A DNA stretch of 64,000 bases from assembly GCA_026914245.1 (NCBI GenBank), contig CP110440.1, forward strand, positions 2,542,001-2,606,000. The letters are read 5' to 3'. The notes under the pieces were generated by a model, which did no database searches, was not told the origin of the DNA, and saw only the letters and a list, made by a program, of their open reading frames with translations. Position 1 is the first letter of the stretch. Every line of letters starts with the position of its first letter. Below are positions 50,940 through 63,445 of this stretch, piece by piece. Source of the DNA: Puccinia triticina. Lineage: Eukaryota. The position numbers and the translations under genes were made by a program.

Positions 50940-51457
50940 AGAGGCACTATTCAATGTGCTGGAGCCACTATTGAAAGTGCCAGAGGCACTATTCAATGTG
51001 CCGGAGTCACTATTGAAAGTGCCAGAGGCACTATTCAATGTGCCGGAGCCACTATTAATAGTGCCTCTGGCACTATTCAATGTGCCGGAGCCACTATTAA
51101 TAGTGCCTCTGGCACTATTCAATGTGCCAGAGCCACTATTAATAGTGCCTCTGGCACTATTCAATGTGCCGGAGCCACTATTAATAGTGCCTCTGGCACT
51201 ATTCAATGTGCCGGAGCCACTATTAATAGTGCCTCTGGCACTATTCAATGTGCCGGAGCCACTATTAATAGTGCCTCTGGCACTATTCAATGTGCCAGAG
51301 CCACTATTAATAGTGCCTCTGGCACTATTCAATGTGCCAGAGCCACTATTAATAGTGCCTCTGGCACTATTCAATGTGCCAGAGCCACTATTCAATGTGC
51401 CAGAGGCACTATTCAATGTGCCAGAGCCACTATTGATAGTGCCAGAGGCACTATTCA
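50940..51457. repeat. Minisatellite, 42-bp unit made of two related 21-mers, about 12 copies
   Basis: (ggcactattcaatgtgccRgagccactattaatagtgcctct)n. Confidence 0.95.
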
Positions 51458-51458
51458 T

Positions 51459-51600
51459 AAGTGGTATTCAAAATTGAATCATAACTGCATAAACATAAAA
51501 TCATAAACAGATTTTGGCTGGGTTATGTAAGAATGCCCCAGCCAAGTTCACTTATGATTTCATGTTTATGTAATTATGATTTGAATTTTGAATACCACTA
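51459..51600. mobile_element. About 140-bp MITE
   Basis: About 48-bp inverted ends agtggtattcaaaatt...aatcataa / ttatgatt...aattttgaataccact. Confidence 0.75.
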
Positions 51601-51867
51601 TAGTGCTGGAGGCAATATTAAAAGTGCAGGAGCCAATATTCATACTTCTGCAAATGATTTTCCAAGTTGCTCAATAATCCAATAAAGCAGTAAAAACATT
51701 GCTTTTGTAGCTCAGCACTGTAGTGGAATAGAAAAAAATTGTGGTGAAACTTCAATTTTGGGGCAACAAAAAAAATAATAGTGAAACTGTAACAAAATTG
51801 AAATATATACAGTAAAAAATAACTTGCACATGGGATGAAATATATTTGAAAATGGATTATTCAAATT

Positions 51868-53561
51868 TTAACTAGATTGGTGGCCAGCTATTTCTGAGTC
51901 AGAATCACTATCTGAGGATGTTGGAGTGGTTGGTTCTGGAGGCCAGCCATAACTTGGGAGGGGCTGGTCATCAGGAAAGGACCTTTTTATATATGGGAGC
52001 ATGTGTTCATAGGCTGACCACACTGAACCAATTGAAATGTCTCCAAACCTCAGCCCAAGGGCTGCCATGTTTCCAGTGGCTTCATTGTGGAACCAGGGAG
52101 GTGTTTGAGTGAACATAAGTTCTTGATCCAGGTATTCTTCTTGGAGTATTTCCTGGATGTGGCTGGCTGGAACTGGAAGAAGTTGATTGGTTGTATCAAA
52201 GGATTCAGGTGTACTATATGAGAAATCAGGGGTACAGACAGTGGGGAGTGAAATACGATGATCCCGTCGCTTTCTTGAGTTGTTCTGGTGCAGGACCCAT
52301 CTGTCAACACTTGCCTGGAAAACTGGCAACCAAAGAAAGAGAGAAAGAAGTCTGGGATGTGAAGTGTTAGTTGAACTTATAGTTTTTTAAACATATAAAT
52401 ATATATATGCTTACTTTTCAATTTCATTGTCCGCATCATATCCCCCATGTTCTATTTGATCTTCAATGGCATCAATCACTGCTTGATTATGGTGTTTCAT
52501 CATTTGAGACCACAGAGCTTCAATCTTTTGGTTACGGGTGGATTTGGTGAAATGCATTCTTTTTGAGGCTTCTTCTATACTGATTCCAGCATGGTGATAG
52601 GAGAGGAACATTTGATATGCCACCATGTCAATAGTTTCAGAGCTGAAGTCAGTTGTCACCTTAAGAGGAATTCCGCCGGCTTTTGCTGCTGTTTGAAGGA
52701 AATAAACTCCGATGTGTTTGGGATCATTGTTTGTCACATGAACAAACATTCCAAGGATTTTTCTGGACCATGCATCAATGATTCCATATTTCTTCAACTT
52801 ATCATGCCCATCACAGGCCCAGACATGATTTGGACCAAGTGTGCGAAAAATACGCCGTTTGCATGTTTTGCGGAGACGCTGCGCCAGACCTTCTGGATCA
52901 ATCTCTCGCAGTAATTCATACACAGTGTTGCTGCCAGAGGGTTTGAAGCAAATAAATTCAAAAATTAGTGTGGGTAAAGGGGCATAGAAAAGGTTTGGTT
53001 CACTCACCGGGGTACACTGATGGAATAAAACCTCTTCAAAATTCAGTGCATGCTCCGGTAGCCAGCAGAGGTTTGGAGGAGCTGGGTGCGTGCATGGTTT
53101 ATACACTCAACTACTTTTTCCAATGTCACTTTTCCATCTTGAAGATCATTTGTATTTTGTTTCAAATTGAGGTATTTCATGTATCTTTGGATAGTGCGAA
53201 CATGTACATTGATGTTGGTTTCCTTGAGAAGTCGAGCTTTGATCTCATTCAAGTTGAGTCCCTTTGAATGGGAGGATCTGATGGATGCTTGTATGATTGC
53301 GGGAGGGCCAGGCGGAAGGTCACGATGTTGGAGACACCATGCTTTTCGCTTGCGGCTGAGGGTTCGGGGGTGCATTTTGATCCCATGTCTCTCTTTGAGG
53401 ATGTGGAGTACTTGGGGTCCTTTGTAGCCTCGGAAAAGAAGGCTTTGTATGATTTCTTTATCCATGTCTTGTGCTTGTGGGGGTGTATGGTGTTCGTCGG
53501 TGTCGCTATCATCTGAGCCGGTGTACTCAGTACTGTAGTCTGAGGTAGAAATGTCGCTCAT
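51868..53561 (-). pseudogene. IS3EU-like (HTH + integrase-core DDE) transposase, inactivated
   Basis: Tandem HTH-like N-terminus (RTLSRKRKAW; VRTIQRYM), then DPEGLAQR...RR.F...GPNHVWACDGHDKL, IDAWSRKIL, GIPLKVTTD..SE, STRNQKIEALWS. Stop at ~53043 and an apparent short deletion between YGI and IDAWS. Confidence 0.8.
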
Positions 53562-54610
53562 TGAAACAGGTGGAATTCGGCAATGTGTGTGGTGAATTAT
53601 TGGCAAAGGAAGGGGAATAAGAGACACTTGTGGGGTCGTAGCTCAGCTGGAACCCGTCCTGCAGCAAGTGATGGATTGCCCTGGCCGGCAATGGTCTTCA
53701 TCATGTACACTGTGGCAATTGGGTAACCAGCTTGGCGCGTCCTTTGTCGCCACTGCCGCCCCACAAGGGGGGGCCACCATGGTTACAGTGTTTCAATGAT
53801 TCAATGAGAGCGTCACCTGGCACGCTTGTCAAGGTGGGGAGCAATCCCATTTTTTCTCACCAACGATGAGCCACCCTTTGCTGCCCTGGCCATCGGGCAA
53901 GACACAGGTGTCAACAGTTGTACCTTTACCAACTCCCTCCAATCCAACTCCACCGGCAGCCATCGCCGCTCGATACCTATGTATCCAGCTCGCCAACAGG
54001 GGGAACTGCTCCCGGCGGGCTCTTGCCGGGTCAGCGGGCCGGGAGGACCCCTCTCTGCAAGCTGTATATGTATACCGGTCGCCGAAAGGAGGCACCGCGC
54101 CCGACTTGCTCCTGGCAGCCTAGGTGGCCGGGGGGGGGGGGTCTCCTCTCGGCAAGCTGGCTACATATGTATCCAGCTTGCGGAGACTCGGCGACCTGGA
54201 CACACACCCCCGCGGCGATGGCCCGCGGGGCGCAACGGGTCCCAATATGTAGGTGGTATGTAGGCTTTGTTCGGTAAAGGCAGCTTGAAGATCTTGCCAT
54301 CGGATATATGTAGTATACATACAGAGGTTGACACATGAACAACCAGGGTTGACCAGGGGCTTCGAGTCTTTTGAGTCTTTGACTTTTGGCGCGGGCCCTA
54401 TTTGGTCTAGCTTTGACAGGCGCCCGGCGGTGTTTCACCCGCCGCCCTCTGAAACGAGGGGCTTGTGTTAAGCTAGCTATTTGGTCGCATACGGACCCGA
54501 ATCGGGACCGCGGTGGAGATGCTCTTAGCCCGATATCCACGTCGCGCCTGATCCCCGATTCAACACTCCCCTCAAGGCGCGCGAATACCCTTCCTGGAAA
54601 AAATCTTTCG

Positions 54611-55873
54611 ATGGCTTTTCTTGCGGATTCCCTGTCTGATCGCCTACTATTTGCTATCCCTAAGAAAGGTCAGCTGCATGTAACCCCATGTTTCTGATTT
54701 AACAACGAAAGCTTAATCTAACATGACTTCTGATTTGTTTGTGGATTCTTATCCAGGAAGGCTTTACGAAAAATGTTTAGGGCTGTTATCGGGTGCAGAT
54801 ATTCAATTCAGCCGCAGTCACCGGCTCGATGTGTGTCTTGTTGGAAACCACCAGATGGCATTGTGAGCGATTCTAAAGGCTTTTTTATGATAGTTTTGAA
54901 GTCAAAGCTAAATACGATTTTCCGTGGTTCATCTCCTTGGATCTATGTAGAGTTTTCTTACCCGCAGCTGATATTCCTCGATTCGTTGGCGAAGGAAATG
55001 TCGATCTGGGAATCACCGGGCAAGATATGGTGGCCGAAGCGGATCTCGACGGATTGATAGAAGAAATTTGCTCGCTCAACTTTGGGAAATGTAGCTTACA
55101 AGTTCAGGTGCCTGTCCACTCTGACGTGAAAACACTGGATCAGCTTTCAGGAAAGAAGATTGTCACCAGTTTTGAAGTTGTCAGCAAATCGTTCTTCAAA
55201 CAATTAGACGACAGGATCAACGCCACTCACTCGGAAGGCCAACCCAATGCCACTTTTATTGAATACATCGGTGGAAGTGTCGAAGCAGCTTGTGCCTTAG
55301 GCTTGGCCGATGGGATTGTAGATCTCGTAGGTAAGCTGACAGATATCTAACTGTCCTCCCATCGTTTTTTGCGAAGAAAAACTGATTGAATGCGGCTTCA
55401 ATGTACAGAGTCTGGTGCCACAATGCGTGCCGCAGGCCTACATCCCATCCACACAATCATGACCTCGGAAGCTGTACTAATTAAATCGAGCAGGCCTCCA
55501 AGGTGTGAAATACATCAACAATTGATAGATCTGATCACTAGCCGTATTAAGGGAGTCGTCGCGGCCCATCGCTATGTACTCTGCCAATACAATATAAACC
55601 GGGCGCGATTACCAGAAGCCCTGAAAATAACACCAGGACGACGCTCTGCCACTGTCAGCCCATTGGATGACAACGAATGGGTGGCCGTATCGGCGATGGT
55701 CTTCAAAAAGGACAGCGCAGATACGATGGACAGGCTACAGGCACTTGGCGCTTGTGATGTATTCCTACTCGGCCTGGTAAATTTCTCAAAAGCTCTTGTC
55801 GGGATTCAAGATCCATAGTGATTTAAAACTGACTTAACATATTTACACTCTTCAGGAGAACTGTCGAGTCTAG
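54611..55873 (+). CDS. HIS1: ATP phosphoribosyltransferase
   Basis: Five exons (approx. 54611-54668, 54757-54862, 54951-55330, 55409-55775, 55856-55873): DRLLFAIPKKGRLYEKC, LPAADIPRFVGEGNVDLGITGQD, GSVEAACALGLADGIVDLVESGATMRAAGL, ITPGRRSATVSPLD, ENCRV*. Confidence 0.97.
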
Positions 55874-56399
55874 ACCAAATGCATGCTCTCTCATCTTTAC
55901 GATATACCCTCTTCTTGGAATTCCATTTAGCAGATGCTGCCGTTTATTTCTAGTACTGGTGTCTAGGATAGAATTAAATTACGCCTCCCTTTGCTGTACC
56001 GCTGTTACAGGTTTCGTGCATTGGGTGTAAATATCCTCTAGGGTTAGTAGGGATGTGTAGTCCTCAGCTAACCCGAGTGTGGGAAAAGATTGGGAGTAGA
56101 ACTTCCTCTGTTTCTCGGCCAACAGGCTTGGTGGGAGGATGTTACCCAATCAGACTAGAAAAAGGTAAATTGTTTGGTGTAGGATTTCTCTCAAGAAGAA
56201 TGTAGTTTGAGGGCAAAAAAACCACATCTCAGGAAAAGGATTTTTATAATGCAAGCCTGAGCCTATTGCGCAAAAACCCAATTCTTCATTCTAAAAATTC
56301 GCCGTCTACACTAGCAAAACCAATTATCTGTCCCTCCACACTCGATTCAGCTCCTTTAGGAGTTTCCTGGCTTCTGACAGATCCTCCTCCGAGTAAGTC

Positions 56400-58300
56400 C
56401 GAATATATAGTTTTTAACAGCTAGATTTCCAACGTCCTATGTCGCAGATATCCTCCACTTGTTTAACAAAAGCAAACCAAAGAGATGCGCCGCCTACCCT
56501 AAAGGAGTGGCCTAGGTAACCGTCAAAACCTCCTTGCTGAAGTGTCATTTGTATTCTGGACACAGCGACCGTCCTTGTTAAATGCTGTTGTACCACCAGG
56601 AAAATAAAATAGTCAGTTGATGACAAGTGACATCACACCAGCTCCAGCCAGCTACCCACCATCTATCCAATATCTATCCACTATCTACCCCAATCTCCCA
56701 ACAATCTCCTCACCTTCCAAAATTTACCAAGGAGGTCCTATTCAGTTTTTGATGAGCTCAAATGATCCTCAGTTCTATCCAGCTGATACTCAGCTTTGGT
56801 ACCCAGCTCATACTCAGCTTTTTTGCCCAGCTCATACTCAGCTTTTTTGCCCAGCTCATACTCAGCTTTTTCACACAGCTCGCTCTCAGAATTGGAATAA
56901 AGCCTTTTGACCAGTCCTTGCCCAGGTGATGCTCAGCTTTGTAGTAGTACTTGCACAGCTGATGCTCAGCTTTTTACCAGTCCTTGCTCAGCCTTTTCCT
57001 AGTCCTGTCCCAGCTGATGCTCAGCTTTGACCCATTCCTGGGCCAGCTGGCCAGCTGATGCCCAGCTTGCTGAGTATCAGCTGAGCCAGACCAGGGAAAA
57101 AGATGGGAATCAGCTTGGACAGGACCAGAGCTGAAAATCAGCTAGGCTAGGGCCAAAGCTGAGCATCAGCTGAGCCACGGCCAAGGCTGAGCATCAGCTG
57201 TGCCAGGGCCAAATACGAGCATCAGGTGGCTGGTTCCAAAGCTGAGCATCAGCTGGGCCAGGGAAAAAACTGAGCATCAGCTGAGCCAGGGTAAAAGCTG
57301 AGCATCAGCTGGGCCAGGGCCAAATCTGAGCATAATCTGGTTTTTTCACATTGAGTGCTTTGATCCTGGCACCTGTCATGTGAGCCCTAGATGTGCTGGT
57401 GGAGAGGAGCAGCATTGGAGGAGTGTTGGAGCTGAAAACAAAGCTGTGTCATGTCACTTGCCATCAAGTGACTACTTTTTTTTCCTGATGTACGCCATGT
57501 TTATAGTAACCAAAGAGTGATGTTTTAAAAACCCCTGCTTTGACCAGACGCATAGTTACCACTTCTATGGGGCATAACATGTTCCCGGTACTCTGTAGCA
57601 CTAGCGTCTGAGTAGTCCCGGGTGCCGCCGTCTTTGCGTTCCGTAAAGTCAAGTAGACAAATCTCTTTTTCACTACTTCTCCATTCCTTATGTCCGTCGT
57701 TGTGGAACTACTCATTGGGGGAATATAGCTTAGAGAGGGATGAGTGCGTGAAAAGCTGCCTATCAGGTTGGGAGAGTAATATGGGAAAAGAATAAGAGTA
57801 TGGACTCTTAAAGAAAACTGTGGCTGATGAGATGTTGAGAATAGTGCTTTTTAGACAAAAGTAAAATAGGCTATGTAATTCTTTATTCTGTGACCAGGGA
57901 TGCAAAATGACAATCTGATGGGGGACAAACAGAATGGGCCAAAAGGCTCTACATTTATAGTGAGGGGACAACAGGTGGTTCTGAGACGAACAGAAAGATG
58001 GGAACAGGGTAAAAAAGGCCTCCAACAAGGGGACAAGGCAACAAACCAACAAGGCATCTACTCCATGGCTTGGGATGACATAAGAGGAAACAATAGCCAT
58101 GGCGCATCAGCCACCATGCATCTGAGAAAGAGTTAAGCCTTGATGGAATATAGAGGAGTAAATTCTAGTGAACACTCAGAGTCCTTCCTAATAGTCTGGC
58201 TCTGTTTGATGGTGGACTTTCTCCCACTTTGAACCTAAATTTGTACATACTTTATTACCCATTGTGGAGGCCATCCATGAAAGCAAATACTGAAGGGTTT
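56400..58300 (-). pseudogene. Tyrosine-recombinase relic of a DIRS/Ngaro-type retrotransposon
   Basis: AKTAAPG...LCP and GHSFRVGGAS...IGRWKSSC recombinase motifs; frameshifted and split by an insertion. Confidence 0.8.
56594..57490. mobile_element. Non-autonomous CACTA-type element (897 bp)
   Basis: TIRs caccaggaaaataaaatagtca.ttgatg.caagtgacat and the reverse complement ending ...tttcctgatg; 3-bp TSD TAC (56591-56593, 57491-57493); interior of inverted agctgagcatcagctg repeats. Confidence 0.88.
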
Positions 58301-58799
58301 GATGCGCCTGTAGAGATGATTCTGGGCTGTTATGAAGTGTCTGTGGGTGTGGATTACATGTACCAGGGTGATTTCTAGAGGGCGCTGGGCGGTGATTCCT
58401 TCCTGGTGAGTGTCTGAGTGGTGTGATAAGGTTTTGATTAGGCTCACCACATTGTTAGTAAAGAAAACTGGTTGTTAATGTCGCCTGCAGACTTCTTGTT
58501 GGCCACCTCTCCCATCCTAGCCATCCCCCAAAATGCCACTATCGCCAGATCTCCAATGGCTTTGTCCTTCTTGGAGCCAATGGACAAGTTTTTTCACAAG
58601 CCACACAAGATGGCGTAGCATAACTGCCGGTTTTGGTGGTTTAGGTGGTAGCTCTGCATCCGCTTTGGCAGAGGTTTACAGTGTAACTGATACTTTACAA
58701 GTATTGGTATTGTGTGTGTATTGTATTGATTTTTGAGCCAATATTTTGTATTGGTATTCTATTGGCAAGCCAATGCAACAGCAATTTTTGCTCCAGCAA

Positions 58800-59230
58800 C
58801 AGTGGGTCAGCTACGCTAACCATAGCTGTTAGCACAGCATAGCGCAGCACAGTGCGCTATTTGTCAGCGTAGCGTTAGTGCAATTGCACACATCTGCGCT
58901 AATGCTACGCACACAGGGTGCAAAGCTATTTTAGCTTTTAGTGTAGTGTTAGCGCAGATGCACACAATTGCGCTAACACTAAGAACAAGGGTGCCAAAGA
59001 GGGCGCGCTCCGCTGCGCTACAGCGCTTTTCGCGACAAAAAAGGCCTTTTTTCCTCTAAAAGCGCCTTAGCGCAACGCAACACAGCGTAGCGGAGCGCTA
59101 ACGCTAAACAAAAATTGGGGTGCTGTTAGCGCAGCGCAGCGGTGCTAACAGCGCGCTAACCCTACTCAAAAAAGGCCGCTGCTTTTTGCCCCTACGCTAA
59201 AATAGTGTAGTTTAGTGTAGTGGCCCACCG
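58800..59230. mobile_element. MITE with tagcgc/gcgcta internal repeats
   Basis: Ends cagtgggtcagctacgctaa and ttagtgtagtggcccaccg; flanked by degenerate gtattgg/ccaatac repeats suggesting nesting. Confidence 0.6.
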
Positions 59231-61202
59231 TTGCCTCCAGGAGTGTATTGGCTCACCAGATACAATACATCATTTTGAAGATTGATATATTGGCTACACC
59301 AATACAATACATGGTAAATACCAATATTTATTTTCATGTATAGTGTGTCATAATGGGTACCCACTGGCGGGTGTGGGTGTTCAGATTTAGGGGTGAAAAC
59401 AGGCGGGTACCCGCACCAAGTAGCCGCCTGAATCACAAAAATGTGCCGCAGTTGTACTGTCCAATCACGGGTAATTGGACAGTACAACTGAGGTGCTGCA
59501 AGTTATGACACAGGAGGCCACAGGCTGCCGGGGCAACTCAACTCCAACCTCTCAAGCTCAAGCAATAGTACAGGTACCTCGGGTACCTGTAGAAAGTACC
59601 ACCCGCACCTGCCCACACCCACCAAGGGGTGCTGGGTGCGGGTGTGGTGCTGGTTTTTCATATTGGCATTGCCAAAGTCCCCTGCCATTCTTGGTTTGGT
59701 GACATTAAACATACAGCTAATCATAGTTCCAATTGTCCAGTTCATGCAGGTTCATGCGTTATCAACCCTGATAATAATATTTAAAGCTATCTAGAAAAAT
59801 GTATTTTCAACACTGTAACTTCAAGTGCATCTTGGCATTTTCTACATTTTACTCATGCTAACTGTAATCAGCATCCTGGTTTGGTGGCTCAGCATCACCG
59901 GCCAAGCTCTTGTTCAACTCTTCAGTCCTCTGGTCCAGCTGATCATTCTAATCATGACCATAGTCAACTCTTGCCTCATCATCCTTATGAACAACTCCAT
60001 CAGCATCAGAATTATCATCAACAGTTGCTTAATCAGTTCTCTAATCCTGTCATCCCAAGCCATTGCCTTCAAAAGCAACAGCAGCACCAACAAACCAACA
60101 ACAACAACAGCCCCAGCATTGCCAGCAACATTACCAGCATTACCCCCCAACCCATGCCAAATGGTAAAATTAAATTTCTTTTTGTTTATTTTTTGTTTTG
60201 TTTGTGGAATGTTGTGCCAGTCTGTGGCACTTTGCATGTTTACTGTATATCTCAACCTCTTCAAAAACAGACAATCTAAAACAAATATCAATCAATTGTG
60301 TACAATTAGCATGTCTGCTATCTCTACTCCTCTGATCATGTTCACACTTGCTTTTTTTTGGGGGGGGGGGATTTTCATGCTTTGCCAAGTGAGTGTTCAA
60401 GAAGGAGACTTGATTTTTTGTTCCTTTTTTTTCTTGCCTTGGATGTTTTTTTCTGTGGAATGGTAGAAGCAAACTGGGTAATACAGTCTCCCAGCATTGA
60501 GGAGTGGATCTCTCAACACACTCCTCGAGCAGAGAGGGGCATGTGTCCACTCAACCTTGCTGGAGTGATTGGCCAATGAATATACAGGACTCTGTCGGTC
60601 CAACAATGTTGGCATGCCCACCCCTCTCCAACAGGATTCTGTTGCTAACTTAAATGAGTCCTTCTCTTTGTGGAGGGGGGATACCATCCCGCCAGGAACC
60701 TCCAAAGGAGGAACTTATACACCATGTCAACCCCGTGACCTGAGAGAATTTCTAAAATGCTGTTTTTTGATGTTTTGTAGCAGCACCTATTCTCATTGGG
60801 TGATTAGGTGTTGGGGGAATAAAAGATGCAGAAGATCATGGAGAATCTTTCTACATATTTTTAAAAAATTTTGAGGCCTTGAGTGGCACTCAAATTCCTT
60901 TTTCATGACCACCATTGGTTCTGCTTCATCATTCATTACACATCTTGGACTGTACAGGATCCAAAACTAATATGTCCCTTCTTTGGAGGTCGCTTTGCTC
61001 TTAGATTCCGTTGTGACAACCAAAACAACACCAACCATTTCTTTCTTGGTGATTTCTGACCTCTTCAGAACGTTCCCCCTTGCGGAGGAAAGCAACGTTA
61101 GGGGGACACTCAGGCAGAGTGTCAACAGAACATTGACACCCTGTGGTGTACAGGTTTCTTGTTGCGGGGGAGGGGGGCGGGGGATGTTGTGACACTGTAT
61201 TA

Positions 61203-62436
61203 CACTTCAAGTATAATTAAATTTCCCAAAAAGAATACTCAAAGTTTGATGTTGGGAAAATCACTGAAAAAAAATCACTCCGTACTGAAAAAAAATCACT
61301 CCGTACTGAAAAAAAATGTAAACTGAGCGTGCTCAGCCAAAAAAATAAAAATGTGTCAGACTGAGTAAAAAACAACGGGGCACATTTTTGGGGTGACTTG
61401 TTGGACAGGCCTGCACAAGGCCTGCATGGGCCCCTAACAGGCCCGTTGGGCCCATTGAAAAAGTAGTATTTGTTTGGAATTCCCATGCTCTGCTAAAATG
61501 TGAAATGGGTCAAACTGAATAAAGAACATGGGGGTACATTTTTGGGGAGATTTTTTTGACGGGCCTGAATGAGGCCCACATGGCCCCCACAAAGCCCACT
61601 GGGCCCATTGAAAGAGTAGCCTTGGTTAAGAAAGCATATTCTCAGCTAAGAAATAAAAATGTGTCAGACTGAGTAAAAACCCTAAGGGCACATTGTTGGG
61701 GAGGCTTTTTGGACGGGCCTGCATCAGGCCCGTACAGGCCAACAGGTTTCCAAGGGAAAGGAAAGGGCCTAGACATACATTCTGTGAGTGCACAAATGTC
61801 ATACAGATGTCAGAAGCCCTTCAATGTCTTCTGTTGATTAGTGGTCAATTGGTGCTGTTCTGAAACATCATATGGGCATTCTTAACCAAGACTACTTCTG
61901 GGTTAGCCAAACCAGCTTTGGGTGGTCCCTGACGGGCCTGATTCAGGTCTGTCAATAAGCCCTCCCCAAAAGTGTGGCCCCATGTTTTTTACTCAGGTTG
62001 ACACATTTTTGTTTCTTAGCTGAGCATAGGCATTCTTGACCAAGGCTACTCTTCCAATGGGCCCAGTGGGCTTTGTGAGGGCCATGTGGGCCTCATTCAG
62101 GCCCGTCCAAAACATCTCCCCAAAAATGTACCCCCTCATTTTTCATTCAGTTCAACCCATTTCACATTTTAGCAGAGCATGGGAATTCCAAACAAATACT
62201 ACTTTTTCAATGGGCCTAACGGGCCTGTTAGGGGCCCATGCAGGCCTTGTGCAGGCCCGTCCAACAAATCAACCCAAAAATGTGCCCCATTGTTTTTTAC
62301 TCAGTCTGACACATTTTTTTTTGGCTGAGCACGCTCAGTTTGCATTTTTTTTCAGTACAGAGTGATTTTTTTCAATGATTTTCCCAACCTCAAACTTTGA
62401 GTATTTTTTTTGGGAAATTTAATTATCCTTGAAGTG
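61203..62436. mobile_element. Foldback-like CACTA-type non-autonomous element with about 500-bp inverted arms
   Basis: Starts cacttcaag and ends cttgaagtg; 3-bp TSD TTA (61200-61202, 62437-62439); arms ~61203-61740 and ~61930-62436 are reverse complements. Confidence 0.9.
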
Positions 62437-62554
62437 TTAGCTCTTGACTGCGAAACCTGTTACAGGTTTTGTACACAGACTTTCACTTCAGTTCTCTTTC
62501 CTCACTTATTTGAAAATTATCACATTATCTGAATCTACTCCACTTCATCCACTA

Positions 62555-63445
62555 CCAGATACCTGCCGGCCAGCAGGGTTACCCACCAGCAGATAGCAGG
62601 TACCCGCAATTGGTTCTTAACTTTGTTTTGCCCAGCTCCAGCGGGTACCCGTTTTCCAACTCTATGCTGATATTACCATGTACGCGCATACATTTGGGTG
62701 ACAAGCAGGTGCGGGTCTGGATTCCGGGATTCTGGGTGAAATCTAACGGATACCGGGTAATTGAAGTTTGAACCCAAACCCACCCACACCTGCCCCCGGA
62801 TTCCTTTGGGTTGTCAACCTTGTCCAACTCCAGCCAACCTCGGCGACCAGAAGAGAATCCTTGTGGTTTCAGAGGCTGTGTAGACTCTGAAACCTGAAGA
62901 GTTTCTTCTGGTCGCCAAGGCGGTATTACCTCTACAACCAGAGTGGATTCCTTCTTTTTGCCGAGGTTGTATCACCTCTGCGACCAGAAAGGATTCCTTT
63001 GGGTCCTCCGGGCTGTACAACCTTGGAAACCAGAAGGATACCCTCTTGTTTGCAGGGGTTGAAAACCCTTGGCCACAAGAAGGAAGCCTTCCTGGTCGTT
63101 GATGACATTCATTGTTCCCAACCAGAAGGAATACCTTCTGTGTGAAGAGGCTTTTATTTACTCTATGACCAGAAGAAACCCTTCTGGTCAAAGAGATTAT
63201 AAAGCCACATCAACCAGAAGGCATTCCTTCCGGTTTTCAAGGTGAATGACAAGATGCGGGTACCCGCGGGTATCTGCGCGGGTACCTTCCCAGGCCGCCA
63301 GGTACCCCCCAACAGGTGCGGGTGCAGGTGCAGTTATTGGGATTCAGAACTTCATCCAAAAGAGGTGGCGGGTAGCTGCACCCGCGCAGGTATGCGGGTG
63401 GAAAGTGGCCAGCTCCAGTACCCAACACCTCTTGCCGGCTACCTA
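62555..63445. repeat. Degenerate MITE-like repeat with gggtacccg ends and accagaagga internal units
   Basis: Clusters of acccg/cgggt motifs at both ends; similar motifs at 59340-59660. Confidence 0.5.

Noticed and set aside
50901..51506. Three long repeat-protein ORFs
   Set aside because: They arise from a stop-free 42-bp tandem repeat and are open on both strands, with no unique coding flanks.
9105..53790. Possible TIR pair for an outer element (tacaatgggtgg...ccccct...gcggca versus the reverse complement of 53753-53785)
   Set aside because: Similarity is gapped and weak, and no target-site duplication was found.
59825..60466. 213-aa hydrophobic 'membrane protein' ORF
   Set aside because: It is an alternate frame of a CAA/CAT-rich low-complexity tract running into T-rich intron-like sequence.
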